32,000 nt of DNA, taken from contig NZ_CP134050.1 in the NCBI RefSeq assembly GCF_031583145.1, positions 685,739-717,738 on the forward strand, read 5' to 3'. Source of the stretch: Brevibacillus brevis (GTDB taxonomy: Bacteria > Bacillota > Bacilli > Brevibacillales > Brevibacillaceae). The position numbers were made by a program, and so were the translations under genes. A model generated the notes under the pieces. It was not told the origin of the DNA, made no database searches, and saw nothing but the letters and a program-made list of their open reading frames with translations. Positions 1 to 9,698 of this stretch are shown one piece after another; position 1 is the first letter of the stretch, and the number at the start of each line of letters is the position of its first letter.

Positions 1-670
1 GCGGGATATCGAACTGGCGGCGGGCAATTTTTTTGCACAGGTCTTCCAGCTTGCGCAAAGGCTTGCTCAGGTAGCCGCTGAACCAGATGGCGAGCAGCCA
101 GCTGACCAGCAGGAGAAGGGCAAAAATGACCAGAAACTGGCGGGTCAGGATCCAGTTGATCTGGTTGAGCGCCTGTTCCCGGGTAAACAGCACGAGGTAG
201 TAGGGAAAGCCGTGGTAGTCCATCTTTTTGCTGACGAACAGGAAATCGCCGTGTTCGCGTTCCAGCGAGCCGTGCTGGATCTGTCCGTTCGGCCGGTTCG
301 CGGCCTGCCGAAAGAGACTCAGTCTGTCCCGGTGGGAGATGTGCTCGCTGCTGCGGCCGCCCAGGTAGGTGCCGTCTTCCGCGTAGATGATCATATCAAA
401 CGAATACTCGTAGCGGGACAGCAGCAGCTGGAGAAAGTAGGGCGCTGCCGCCGGGACCGGGAGCAACTCGCGGTTCTCGTTGAACGTAATGTGTTCCGAC
501 AGGGAGAGCAGCTCGTCCTCCAGCAGCTGGTACGTGTTGGAGACGAGGTATTGCTTGACGGCGTAGGGATAGCCGAAACCCAGGCCCAGGCCCAACACGC
601 CGGTCAAAAGCATGAACAGGATGAGAATCTGCCGGGAGAGAGGCAGGTCTTTCAGCCGGAATCGGATCAT
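1..670 (-). CDS. sensor histidine kinase, N-terminal part (gene continues past window start)
   Basis: Minus-strand frame is open from ATG at 670 (MIRFRLKDLPLSRQILILFMLLTGVLGLG...). It has two hydrophobic segments around a ~150-aa sensor region, then a HAMP-like 'SKPLRKLEDLCKKIARRQFDIP'. An ATGA overlap joins it to the stop of the upstream response regulator. It is absent from the ORF track because it runs off the window. Confidence 0.75.
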   Translation of the reverse strand, partial: MIRFRLKDLPLSRQILILFMLLTGVLGLGLGFGYPYAVKQYLVSNTYQLLEDELLSLSEHITFNENRELLPVPAAAPYFLQLLLSRYEYSFDMIIYAEDGTYLGGRSSEHISHRDRLSLFRQAANRPNGQIQHGSLEREHGDFLFVSKKMDYHGFPYYLVLFTREQALNQINWILTRQFLVIFALLLLVSWLLAIWFSGYLSKPLRKLEDLCKKIARRQFDIP

Positions 671-1374
671 GGGCGGTTCAGACGGTATCCGTAGCCGTAC
701 ACCGTCTCCAGCGGAAATTTGCTCATCTTTTTGCGAATGCGCTTGACCAGATCGTCAACGGCCCGATCGGAACCGATGTAGTCCTCTCCCCAGATCGATG
801 CGAGAATTTGCTCCCGGTTGAGCGCCATCCCCTGATTGTGCAAAAAGTAGATGATCAGCTCAAATTCCTTGGTAGTCAGTTCGATCAGCTTGTCGCCTTC
901 CTTTACCTGCCGCCCTTTTTCCGAGATCAGGTAAGGGCCGATGCTCACCCAGTCCTGGAAAGTTTGCCCCAAAGCCACAGCGGGAAGCGGGCTCGCTTTT
1001 TCATAGGTGCGCTGCAGCAGCTTTTTCGCCCGGATGACCAGTTCCCGGGGAAGAAACGGCTTTGCCAGATAATCGTCACTGCCCAGTTCCAACCCGATGA
1101 TCTTGTCGATGTCCTGATCGCGTGCCGAGATGAAGATAATCGGCACGTCGGACTTCCGGCGGATCAGGCGCAAGAGCTCATAGCCATCGATGTCGGGCAG
1201 CATGATGTCGAGAATCCACAAATGAGGCTGCTCCGCTTCGTCCAGCACCGCCGCGACTTCGCTTCCGGTCGCAAAGGATCGCACCTGCAGACCGGCGCTT
1301 TCCAGGTACGACTGAAGCAGCTGCCGAAGATTGGCTTCATCGTCCACCAGATAGACGAGGTAGGGAGTGTCCAT
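667..1374 (-). CDS. OmpR/PhoB-family response regulator (receiver + winged-helix DNA-binding domain)
   Basis: Receiver motifs 'YLVDDE', 'LWILDIMLPDIDG' and 'PIIFISARD..LGSDDYLAKPF', with a C-terminal 'LTTKEFELIIYFL...TVYGYGYRL'. I chose the start at MDTPYLVY (GAGGGA RBS 7 nt upstream) rather than the ORF-track start at 1434. Confidence 0.9.
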   Translation of the reverse strand: MDTPYLVYLVDDEANLRQLLQSYLESAGLQVRSFATGSEVAAVLDEAEQPHLWILDIMLPDIDGYELLRLIRRKSDVPIIFISARDQDIDKIIGLELGSDDYLAKPFLPRELVIRAKKLLQRTYEKASPLPAVALGQTFQDWVSIGPYLISEKGRQVKEGDKLIELTTKEFELIIYFLHNQGMALNREQILASIWGEDYIGSDRAVDDLVKRIRKKMSKFPLETVYGYGYRLNRP

Positions 1375-1551
1375 GCGAGAATCCCTCACTTTGATCAGGT
1401 ATGCCTTCATTCTGTCATTCTTCCATTGTAGCACAGCGAGGAAGACGATATGTGGAAGGGAGGCAAGAGAATCGTGGAAAACATGTGGAAGCAGGATTCA
1501 CCCGGATGGTGGTGAAAAAAGAAGGGGAGAAAAACTGGAAGGAGCGATCCC

Positions 1552-2358
1552 ATGCAACGCCGTCTGAAAACGCCCCTGGTGCTGCTCACCACGTTGGCCC
1601 TGCTGTCCGCCTGCACCGGACAACCCGCAGAAAACGAACAACCACCCGCACCGGAACAGCCGCCCGCTCCGACCGTGGAAACGCCTGAGCCTGAAAAAGA
1701 ACCCGAATTCGCTTACACGGCGCCGCTGACAGGACTTGGCACCAACCAGCCGCCGGAACAGCGACCCGTCATGGTGATGATCAACAACGCGCCGCCTGCT
1801 CGCCCGCAGTCCGGTTTGAACCAGGCAGATCTGGTTTACGAAGTGCTGGCGGAGGGGGAAATGACCCGGTTTCTCGCCGTTTTTCAAAGCCAAAAGCCGG
1901 AAGTGATCGGCCCGGTTCGCAGCATCCGCCCGTATTTCATCGAGCTGGGCGTCGGTTTCGACGCGGTTCTGATCCACGCCGGAGGCAGCCCGGATGCCCT
2001 GGCCACCCTGTCCCGTTCCGACTACAGCCACGTGGACGAGATCCCCAACGGCAAGTACTTCTGGCGGGAGCAGTTCCGCAAGGCGCCGCATAATCTCTAT
2101 ACCAAACCGGAACTGATCTGGCAGGCGATCGACGACAAGGGCATGCGGAAGACATCGGAGCCGATTCGCTTTTCCTTTTTGCCCGAGGGCGCCGACATTG
2201 CGGAGGGAGAACCGGCGGCGACCATTGACATTACCTTTCATTCGCTGAACAAGGCTGCTTTTCGGTACGATCCCGAGCAGAACAAATACCTGCGTTTTAC
2301 CAATGGTGAGCCGCATCTCGACCTGGTGGACAACAGGCAAGAGGTTCTTGTTTTTTAG
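1552..2358 (+). CDS. DUF3048-family lipoprotein (YerB-like), apparently C-terminally truncated
   Basis: Signal peptide and lipobox 'LALLSAC', a Pro/Glu-rich linker, then a DUF3048-type core 'PVMVMINNAPPARPQSGLNQADLVYEVLAEGEMTRFLAVF'. At 268 aa it is shorter than family members I know (~330-350 aa). The sequence after the stop looks like decayed remains of the C-terminal domain in shifted frames. Confidence 0.7.
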   Translation: MQRRLKTPLVLLTTLALLSACTGQPAENEQPPAPEQPPAPTVETPEPEKEPEFAYTAPLTGLGTNQPPEQRPVMVMINNAPPARPQSGLNQADLVYEVLAEGEMTRFLAVFQSQKPEVIGPVRSIRPYFIELGVGFDAVLIHAGGSPDALATLSRSDYSHVDEIPNGKYFWREQFRKAPHNLYTKPELIWQAIDDKGMRKTSEPIRFSFLPEGADIAEGEPAATIDITFHSLNKAAFRYDPEQNKYLRFTNGEPHLDLVDNRQEVLVF

Positions 2359-2479
2359 GGACGGACATGCGTTGCACGCCGATCGGTCCGCAGTCTGAAA
2401 CGGCCATCGGATGATGCATACTTTTGGATGCGCCGGTAAAGTTTATTTCCTGAATACGCTGTTTCAGGAGGAAACGATA

Positions 2480-2812
2480 ATGAATGACGACAATTACAAG
2501 CGATCGATCAAGCATTTGGAGGAACACCTGCCGGAAGTCGTGGAGCCTTATCACGCGTTGACCGGGACCTGTTTTCAGGCGGGGGAGATCGAGAAAAAGC
2601 AGAAGCACCTGATCGCGCTGGGGATCAGCATGAGCCATCGGGATGACAATTGTGTCCGCTATCATGTACAGGAAGCGATCCACGAAGGGGCGTCGGAAAG
2701 GGAAATCTGGGAAACCGTCGGCGTCACCATTGCGTTGAGCGGCGGCTTGGCAGTGTCCCAGTGTCTGTATTGGGTAACGGAAGCGTTGCAGCAAGGACCG
2801 GATCGCGGCTGA
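2480..2812 (+). CDS. carboxymuconolactone decarboxylase (CMD/AhpD-like) family protein
   Basis: AGGAGG RBS 8 nt before ATG 2480. CMD-like helices 'KQKHLIALGISMSHRDDNCVRYHVQEAIHEGASEREIWETVGVTIALSGG'. The ORF-track start at 2411 lacks an RBS. Confidence 0.7.
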   Translation: MNDDNYKRSIKHLEEHLPEVVEPYHALTGTCFQAGEIEKKQKHLIALGISMSHRDDNCVRYHVQEAIHEGASEREIWETVGVTIALSGGLAVSQCLYWVTEALQQGPDRG

Positions 2813-2842
2813 GAAGGCGGCGATCCGGAATGCTTGGGGATC

Positions 2843-2968
2843 GGTCCGAATGACCAGCTCCCGGGGAAAAAAGGACTTGGACAGATCATCGTCGCTTTCC
2901 GGTTCCAAACCGACGCCCCTGTCCAGCTCCCGGTTTCTTGCCGACACGAAAATGACCGGCGTCTGCGG
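2843..2968 (-). pseudogene. remnant of a response-regulator receiver domain
   Basis: Minus-strand translation 'TPVIFVSARNRELDRGVGLEPESDDDLSKSFFPRELVIRT' parallels 'VPIIFISARDQDIDKIIGLELGSDDYLAKPFLPRELVIRA' of the intact regulator at 667-1374. There is no start codon, and it sits inside a long spurious ORF (2297-3370). Confidence 0.6.
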
Positions 2969-3207
2969 ATTCCATGCCCGATTGCAGAAGGAGACTTTCG
3001 TAGAAAAATGGCGAAATGATGTGAAAAATATGTGATATTCCATCACCTGGCCAAGGTGTGTGTCAGGGGTGTCAACAGAAAAAATGAGAAGATCAAATGG
3101 CCGTTCTTCTTTTCCGGGGACGAGGGTATTTGGGTTTGCGGTAGAATAAAAGAGGATGGCAGCGAGGAATTCGAGCCGGCGAGATTTTTGGGAGAGAGGA
3201 TGGAAGC

Positions 3208-4425
3208 ATGGACAAGCTGTTGCTAAATGAACGAACCAGGATGATGTTTCTGGAGAGTCTGGGTCAGTGGAAGGAAGCGATTGAAGAATTGGAAGCAAAA
3301 GCAGAGGCGAAGCGCTGGGCAAAAATGCAGCATCCAATCTCGCTGGCTGATGCTCTTTCCAGGCTGACAAAAGAGGACTTGTCGAAAATCAGAACGACAT
3401 TGGATGTCAGGGGGGCCAGTTCCTTGCGAAAACAGGAACTGATTGACGTACTGGTACAGCAGATTCCCGCCAAACTGCCCCGCCTGTTGGGAAAGATGGA
3501 CGAATCACGCTACAAAATCCTGAAGCGCTTGGCAGAAGGGGGCGGAATCGGGTTTGTTTCGCTGACGCCAGATCAGTTGTCTTATTGGATTTCCAGGGGG
3601 CTGGTTTTTTCAGGGACGATTCAAGGGAAAAAGACCTTGGTCATTCCCCAGGAAGTTCTGGCGGCTTTCAGACAAGCGGACGGCGACCCGGCTGTGCAGG
3701 AAAAAGTGCGCCGAAATACAGAGTGGCTTAAGATTACCTATGGGTGCCTCTACTATTACGGAACATTGGGTCTGACTGAATTGCAAAGCCTTCTTAAGCA
3801 GCATGCCAAAGCAGAACCAGAATCGATCGAGTATCTTTTCGTACTATATGAAGCGGAGCAGTTTGAAAAAAACATTCGTATCGATTTGGATGGCACAACT
3901 TCCCACTCCGACGTCTGGGATCCAAAACGCGTGAAACAAGAACACCGGGCGAGACCGGATTTGTCGTTTCGCCCATTCAGCAAGACGCAATTGCTGCGTG
4001 CCGGGGAACCGGGTTATGTCGACCGGAATGCGCAATACCAGGCTTTTGTCCAGTTTCTCTGTAACCATTACGTAATCACGCGCGAAGAAGCAGACCAACT
4101 GGTGGAAGAATGTGTCTATGCCATCCAGAATGGCGAGGAACTGCAGGATACGCTTGGCATGTTTCAGCAAGAGATGGAGATCGACAGTGTGGATATGCTT
4201 CAGGAATTCATGAGGCATATTGTAGAGCTGCACAACCATACCAGACAATGGATTCTGAAGGGCCACACGCCAGATGAACTTTTTGCCGAGGAAAAAAAGG
4301 CCTTGCGTCCGCTTCCTGCTGCCAAGGCAGAGGTGGTCGATTTCGCGACGAGAAAAAAAGTGGGGAGAAATGACCCATGCCCCTGCGGAAGCGGCAAAAA
4401 GTTTAAAAAATGCTGTGGGCGATGA
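3208..4425 (+). CDS. SEC-C metal-binding motif protein
   Basis: C-terminus '[20 protein letters not shown]' is the canonical SEC-C zinc motif. GAGAGAGGA RBS upstream. The 405-aa body has no other motif I recognise. Confidence 0.75.
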   Translation: MDKLLLNERTRMMFLESLGQWKEAIEELEAKAEAKRWAKMQHPISLADALSRLTKEDLSKIRTTLDVRGASSLRKQELIDVLVQQIPAKLPRLLGKMDESRYKILKRLAEGGGIGFVSLTPDQLSYWISRGLVFSGTIQGKKTLVIPQEVLAAFRQADGDPAVQEKVRRNTEWLKITYGCLYYYGTLGLTELQSLLKQHAKAEPESIEYLFVLYEAEQFEKNIRIDLDGTTSHSDVWDPKRVKQEHRARPDLSFRPFSKTQLLRAGEPGYVDRNAQYQAFVQFLCNHYVITREEADQLVEECVYAIQNGEELQDTLGMFQQEMEIDSVDMLQEFMRHIVELHNHTRQWILKGHTPDELFAEEKKALRPLPAAKAEVVDFATRKKVGRNDPCPCGSGKKFKKCCGR

Positions 4426-4570
4426 AACTTGCCTGATCAAAGCCAGGGGCGTGAAAATAGATGAATACCTGTCAAACGAAGGCTTTCCTGTGATACAATC
4501 AGTGAATCCGGAAGTTCTGCCGGATGAAACGAGCTGAGTTGAGAAGCGAAGAAAAGAAAGGTGAGCGGAG

Positions 4571-5284
4571 ATGAGAAAGATGGAATCAAGCCATTCATGG
4601 GATTTGGACCGGATAGTATTCATCGGCAGGGTTTGGGATGAATACATGCAGATGTTTCATCTTGTCGAGGCGGATTTGGCAGGGCGCAGGATTCTCGACT
4701 GTCCTGCCGGTGCCTGTTCCTTTACGGCAGGCTGCAACGAACGGGGATTTGATGTGACGGCATGTGATATCGCTTACTACCACCCCGTCACAATTTTGGA
4801 ACAAAAAGGGCTTCAAGATTTGGAAACCACGATTTCGAATATGGAAAAGGCTGAGGTTCAAAAAAATTTCCGGTGGGATTCTTTCAAATCTGTCGACGAT
4901 TTGAAACAGGCGAGAAGGGCCGCATTGCGCGATTGTACCGCGGATATGAGACGAAATCCGAATCGGTATATTCCCGCTGTTCTGCCCATTCTGCCTTTCC
5001 GGGATGAAGCGTTCGACCTGACACTTTCGGCCCATTTCTTGTTCCTGTACGAAGATCAATTGGATTACGCCTTTCATGTGCAGGCGCTAAAGGAATTGAT
5101 CCGGGTGACAAAAGAAGAAATCAGGATATTTCCCACAACCAATTTTGCTTGTGAAAGATATGGATACCTGGATCAACTGATTGAGGAAATCCGTCGCCTG
5201 GGATGGACCGCCCAGGAAGTGAGGGTGCCTTACGAATTTCAAAAAAACACCAACCAAATGCTGGTGATCAGGAAAGAGAAATAG
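4571..5284 (+). CDS. class I SAM-dependent methyltransferase (substrate unknown)
   Basis: Motif I-like 'RILDCPAGACSF', an acidic post-I 'VTACDI', and 'FDLTLSAHFLFLY' (motif III/IV region). AAAGGTGAG RBS. Confidence 0.65.
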   Translation: MRKMESSHSWDLDRIVFIGRVWDEYMQMFHLVEADLAGRRILDCPAGACSFTAGCNERGFDVTACDIAYYHPVTILEQKGLQDLETTISNMEKAEVQKNFRWDSFKSVDDLKQARRAALRDCTADMRRNPNRYIPAVLPILPFRDEAFDLTLSAHFLFLYEDQLDYAFHVQALKELIRVTKEEIRIFPTTNFACERYGYLDQLIEEIRRLGWTAQEVRVPYEFQKNTNQMLVIRKEK

Positions 5285-5302
5285 CCGTATAGAGTTTCGA
5301 GT

Positions 5303-5336
5303 GACATCCCTGTTTGAAACAGGGGTGTCTTTTTTG
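5303..5336 (+). terminator. rho-independent terminator
   Basis: Stem GACAtCCCTGT/ACAGGGgTGTC followed by TTTTTT, 19 nt after the methyltransferase stop. Confidence 0.7.
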
Positions 5337-5521
5337 ACTGTATCAGAAAGTATAAACTTCACGGCTCAGCTTCCTGATACAGCAAGAACAACCTTCAGCT
5401 AAAACGCGGACGTTCCTCCTCGAGAAGGCTTCGATAGAGGTTTTCTTAACGTATAAGAATTTATAAATTTTGAGGAACCGAAGGCTTCCCCTTTTTCAGT
5501 TTTTTCTGTTATGGTGAAGTC

Positions 5522-6255
5522 ATGGAGACTAACATTTTGTGGCGAATCTTTTTCGATGAACATCAGAATTGGGCTGCTTTCGTAAGAAAACACAAGAAGA
5601 ACATTCGACCTGTTGTCATAAAAGAGGTTGAAAAGTTTCGAGATTGTGGTAACCCAAGGACAGGATTTAAGCTGTTTGTGTGCGAAGGATGTCATGATGT
5701 ACGCAGAGTTCCCTATCGGTGCAAGGGGAGATTTTGTACTACCTGTTCGGTTGGGGAGACGGAGGAGTGGAGTCGCCTTTTGGAGGAAGAGGTGTTTCAG
5801 GTACATCATCGTCATGTGATCCTGACGATTGACGAGGGGTTACGTGTCGTTTTCCTCAAGCATCGTGAATTGCTAAAAGTCTTTATGGATGAAGGGGCGC
5901 GGCTTGTAAAAGAGTATTTTGAGAAAAAACATAAAGTAACTCCTGGGATTATTGTCGGATTACATACATTTGGTTCGAAGATGAACTTTAATCCGCACCT
6001 TCACATGCTCGTCACCATGGGGGGAATGAAGAACAACGGGGAATGGAAAACGTATGATTTCATTCCGTTTGAAATGTTGCGCAAGCAGTGGCAAACCATT
6101 GTGTTGAAGTTGATCCGTCGAATGTTATCGGAAGAAGAAAAAAAGAAAATACAGCCACTTTTGCAAAAAGTACTCTGCCAATGGAGAAGGCTTCTATGTG
6201 TATGCCCCAAAACAAAAAGGGAACATCAAGGCGCAATTGGGGTATATTGGCCGTT
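5522..6255 (+). pseudogene. IS91-family (HUH, rolling-circle) transposase, 5-prime part; frameshifted and cut by the IS21 insertion
   Basis: N-terminal zinc-binding domain 'FVCEGCHDVRRVPYRCKGRFCTTCS' and HUH motif 'NPHLHMLVTMGG'. Around 6170-6180 the homologous reading moves to another frame ('ANGEGFYVYAPKQKGNIKAQLGYIGR'), which ends exactly at the IS21 junction. Confidence 0.85.
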
Positions 6256-6305
6256 TGTAACCGTCAAGTATCTTTGAACAAATTTCACTAATTTATATTC
6301 AACAA

Positions 6306-7061
6306 CTAGTAACTTCCAAATATGGTTTCACGGTGCCTGATCCGATAACTGTCTCCCGTCAGATGAATCACCTCACTTCGATGCAGGATGCGGTCCAGAA
6401 TAGCAGCGGTGACAGCGGGATCGCCAAGCAGATCTCCCCATTCTTCTGGTCCTTTGTTGGATGTGAGAATGATAGATGCTTGTCCGTATAGCTTGTTGAC
6501 CAACTGGAAAAACAAGTGCGCTTCCTGTCGATCCAGCGCCATGAACATCAGATCGTCCACAATCACCAGATCGGATCGCACGATCCGGTTCACCCGCAGT
6601 TGGGCGTTCCGAGAAATCTCTTGCGTTTTCAACAGCTGCAAGAGCTGATCCATGGTGGCGAAGCTGACGTTGTACCCTTGATTCAGCGCCTCAACGCCCA
6701 ATGCGATCGCCAGATGCGTTTTTCCTACGCCCGGCGGGCCGAGGAACAGCAGGTTGTAATGCTGTTCTAGCCAGATCAGTTCCCGAAGTTGTTGCAGCTG
6801 TCGTTTTCCGAGCGAGGGCTGTTGATCAACCCGGAATTCATCCAGGGTTTTCAGCTCCGGAAAAGCAGCACGTTTATATCGGCGGGCAAACTGCTTTTCT
6901 TCCCGTTTTTTCAATTCGTACGAAAGTACGCACTGCAAACACTGGCGGTAACTCCACTGTCGGGTTTCGGCTTCCATCAGAAGCTCGTCCAGTGCTTGAG
7001 CGGCGGCGGTTAACTGCAGTGCGCTGAATACGGACTTCAGTTCCATCGTCACTTCACTCAT
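6306..7061 (-). CDS. istB: IS21-family helper ATPase IstB
   Basis: Walker A 'GPPGVGKTH', 'LVIVDDLMF', 'ILTSNKGPEEWGDLLGDPAVTAAILDRILHRS'. A 4-bp overlap with the istA stop. Confidence 0.93.
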   Translation of the reverse strand: MSEVTMELKSVFSALQLTAAAQALDELLMEAETRQWSYRQCLQCVLSYELKKREEKQFARRYKRAAFPELKTLDEFRVDQQPSLGKRQLQQLRELIWLEQHYNLLFLGPPGVGKTHLAIALGVEALNQGYNVSFATMDQLLQLLKTQEISRNAQLRVNRIVRSDLVIVDDLMFMALDRQEAHLFFQLVNKLYGQASIILTSNKGPEEWGDLLGDPAVTAAILDRILHRSEVIHLTGDSYRIRHRETIFGSY

Positions 7062-8599
7062 CTCGATCCCTCCAGGATTGCTTGGTATACTTCAAACGGA
7101 CGAATTTGCGGCTTCATCTTCAACATCTGCCGCTGGGGCTCTTCCAACAATCGGATGTCTGTGGGAATGGTTGGTTCCGCGCCCGGTTTTCGTTCAGCGA
7201 AATGGTGCAGCGCGTCCACAAAATCCGTGGCCTGGTAGAGTTGATGTTTCAAACAATAGGCCAGCGCTTTCGCAAGTGCGTCCGCATCTGTGTCTTTGGC
7301 GTGCTTATCAATCCACTGTAACTGATCCCGAATGTAACGCGGTTTCCGTTCCCGGATCATCGTGAGATAGGATCGGGCTTGTCCCGGCTCGGGAAAACGG
7401 GCAGCTACGTGTTCGATGTAGGTGTCAATGCCTTTGGAACGATCTCGGGCATGGTTCGTGTTCTTGATCAGCTTCCCTTTACCGGAATGCAGCGGATGAC
7501 GAGCCAATTCATCACCGGTTTCCGAGTGAAACGCCAGCAACTGCTTCTCCGACGTTACTTTGATCTCCACGAAGGTGTCCGGACCGGTGTAGGTTCCAAG
7601 CGGCAGCGAGTATCGGTTCCCCTGAAAGACAACGGTATTGTCTTTTCGCACCCGTCTTGTTATACTGGGGGCAAATTCGGTTTGTATTTTTTCGGGAACC
7701 GGCAGGAGATGGAGCCGCTCTTCGGCGAACACCTCTGCCGGTATTTTTTTCGTAGAGTGATGCATCCGCCCATTTCCGGTTCGGTTCAACCAATCCATGC
7801 AGTCTTCGTTCCAGCGGTCGATGTGGGTAAAGATCCGATGACGCGCGAAGTTGTTTTTCACAAAACCGACGACGTTTTCCACTCGACCCTTACTTTCCGG
7901 ATCCTGCTTACGGCACATGCGAATCTGGAATCCACGCTGTCGGACGTAGGCGGCGAATTGGGCCGTGAGGATCAGATCTCCGTGGTTCTCGCTGACGAGC
8001 AGCAAATGATCCTGATCATAGACGATTTCGCGTGTCATTCCGCCGAAAAATGCGAAGGCGTTCTCGTGACAGCGAATAACATCTACTGTGATGAACGGCC
8101 GATCTTGCCATTCGACGTATTTGTGCCTGGAATGGGATAAAACGAACGCGATGCACCATAATCGTACGGGATGCCCATAAAGATCGCGGGTTTTCGTTTC
8201 GCCGAAATCCACTTGCATCTGCTGTCCCATGGGCGGATCTTCGACTGCCTCGTACTGGCGGATCGGTTTGCTTTTCGGCATGCCATGCTGCTCGCGCAAG
8301 CGCCGGACAAAGTTGCGCACGGTACTCTCGCAGACATTGGCATCCAAGCGTCGTTCCTTCAACCAGTCATGAATCTGAGCGGCTGAAAGATCGGGATATT
8401 CTCGCAACCACTGAACAACTTGGGGCTCAACCGGATCCAGTTTCTTTCTTCGCGTCTTCACCGATTCGATAAAGGCCTGCATCTCTTCCGGTGACATGTG
8501 CAAGTATTTGTACACGGTGTTTCGCGAGATCTTCAATTTACGAGCGATCTGTGAAACAGTAAGCCCCAACTGTTTCAGTTGATAGATTTCGATGTACAT
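7058..8599 (-). CDS. istA: IS21-family transposase IstA
   Basis: N-terminal HTH 'MYIEIYQLKQLGLTVSQIARKLKISRNTVYKYL' and a DDE integrase-like core. The start is taken at MYIEIY (8599); the ORF track extends to 8632. Confidence 0.92.
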   Translation of the reverse strand: MYIEIYQLKQLGLTVSQIARKLKISRNTVYKYLHMSPEEMQAFIESVKTRRKKLDPVEPQVVQWLREYPDLSAAQIHDWLKERRLDANVCESTVRNFVRRLREQHGMPKSKPIRQYEAVEDPPMGQQMQVDFGETKTRDLYGHPVRLWCIAFVLSHSRHKYVEWQDRPFITVDVIRCHENAFAFFGGMTREIVYDQDHLLLVSENHGDLILTAQFAAYVRQRGFQIRMCRKQDPESKGRVENVVGFVKNNFARHRIFTHIDRWNEDCMDWLNRTGNGRMHHSTKKIPAEVFAEERLHLLPVPEKIQTEFAPSITRRVRKDNTVVFQGNRYSLPLGTYTGPDTFVEIKVTSEKQLLAFHSETGDELARHPLHSGKGKLIKNTNHARDRSKGIDTYIEHVAARFPEPGQARSYLTMIRERKPRYIRDQLQWIDKHAKDTDADALAKALAYCLKHQLYQATDFVDALHHFAERKPGAEPTIPTDIRLLEEPQRQMLKMKPQIRPFEVYQAILEGSR

Positions 8600-8740
8600 A
8601 GGCCACCTTTCCGCAAATTTCATTCTCCTCACCCAAATCTAAAAAAAATTCCAGCACTATTATATCGGATGAGGGAAAAGTAGGGAATTTGTGTTGAGAG
8701 TTATTTCGTGTTTCTTGTTAATTTTAGTTTAGCGGTTACA

Positions 8741-9323
8741 CCGTTATATTCGTCGACCTGCGATTGCGATCCGACGGATCGAGGAATATGACGGACAGTA
8801 TGTAACGTATCGTTACCATGACAAGACAGATGGACAAGAGAAGACAGAAACCATCACGGTCGAGGAGTTCATTGCACGATTAATACGGCATATTCCAGAT
8901 GAGGGCTTCAAGACGATTCGATACTACGGCGTTTATTCGCGCAGAATCAAAAGCCTTTGCAAAAAGGTTATTTCTGCATGGCAAAAAACCGTAAGAAAAT
9001 GGGTTGTGAAAGTAAAACAAGCTCTTCGTCGTAGGAACTGGAGAGAAAAGCTGATCCATCACACAGGTAAAGATCCTATGGTCTGCCCAAGATGCGAATG
9101 TTACTATGAATACAAGGGAGAAGTCTGCCTAAAAGATGGACAACTTACGATCGCGTTTGCTGCATGCGATCTTTCAAGGCGTTGTTTAGAAAGGATGATT
9201 GAAGATCTCACAGGTGTCAAAAAAGAAAAAGGCAAAGAAAAACCACAAAGCACTACTCGAAAGTTTCCGAAGGAAACAAGAGAAGAACGAAGTCGTCAAA
9301 TATGTCTGTTTGACGTGTCATGA
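8741..9323 (+). pseudogene. IS91-family transposase, 3-prime part
   Basis: It continues the interrupted frame with 'YIRRPAIAIRRIEEYDGQYVTYRY...FKTIRYYGVYSRR' (catalytic Tyr region) and 'MVCPRCE' (C-terminal zinc motif). Confidence 0.85.
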
Positions 9324-9489
9324 AATAGAGGAAATTCCATTGAGTGTAGTTCGTGATTTTGATGCAATGGATGATGGTGATCCATCTGTCCCCCCTCAAT
9401 TTGGTTGTGAGCACTGCGGAAATCCCATGTACCCTGAGTATTACAAAGGATTGCATGGATATGAGTACAAACTTTCGGATATCCTCTAA
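9199..9489 (+). CDS. hypothetical small CxxC...CxxC zinc-ribbon protein (start uncertain)
   Basis: 'YVCLTCHEIEE...FGCEHCGNPMYPEYY' gives two Cys pairs. A strong terminator follows. The 5-prime half of the ORF overlaps the IS91 transposase tail in another frame, so the true start is probably well downstream of 9199. Alternatively this is a frameshifted transposase C-terminus. Confidence 0.3.
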   Translation: MKISQVSKKKKAKKNHKALLESFRRKQEKNEVVKYVCLTCHEIEEIPLSVVRDFDAMDDGDPSVPPQFGCEHCGNPMYPEYYKGLHGYEYKLSDIL

Positions 9490-9497
9490 CGCAAAAA

Positions 9498-9525
9498 GGC
9501 CCGGAGCTTCGCTCCGGGTTTTCTT
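9498..9525 (+). terminator. rho-independent terminator
   Basis: GGCCCGGAGC-ttc-GCTCCGGG followed by a TTTTCTT tail. Confidence 0.75.
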
Positions 9526-9698
9526 AATAGGACACAGGCGGCTATCCAGGGTGGGCAAAGTAGCGAGATCATTTATTACGAAATCGAATAAATGATATCT
9601 AAAAAACGCTCGTTTTATTAACTATTTATTCATAAAAGGTGAGGATTCGCATTAACATAGCCATGCGAAGATGGAACATGTAAATCACGCAAGGTGAG

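Larger units (their letters stand above)
6256..8740 (-). mobile_element. complete IS21-family insertion sequence (istA-istB), 2485 bp
   Basis: Termini TGTAACCG... (6256) and ...CGGTTACA (8740) are inverted repeats. They are flanked by the direct repeat CCGTT (6251-6255 and 8741-8745). Removing the element and one repeat copy restores 'LGYIGRYIRRPAIA' in the IS91 transposase. Confidence 0.92.

Noticed and set aside
9568-9698. Hairpin ATCATTTATT-9 nt-AATAAATGAT, direct TTTATTA/TTTATTC repeats 11 bp apart (Pho-box-like), and a 6-codon mini-ORF after a duplicated AAGGTGAGG upstream of phnC
   Set aside because: These are suggestive of Pho regulation or a leader, but the match to the PhoP/PhoB box consensus is weak. 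I cannot separate it from AT-rich background or from IS91 terminal sequence without comparative data.
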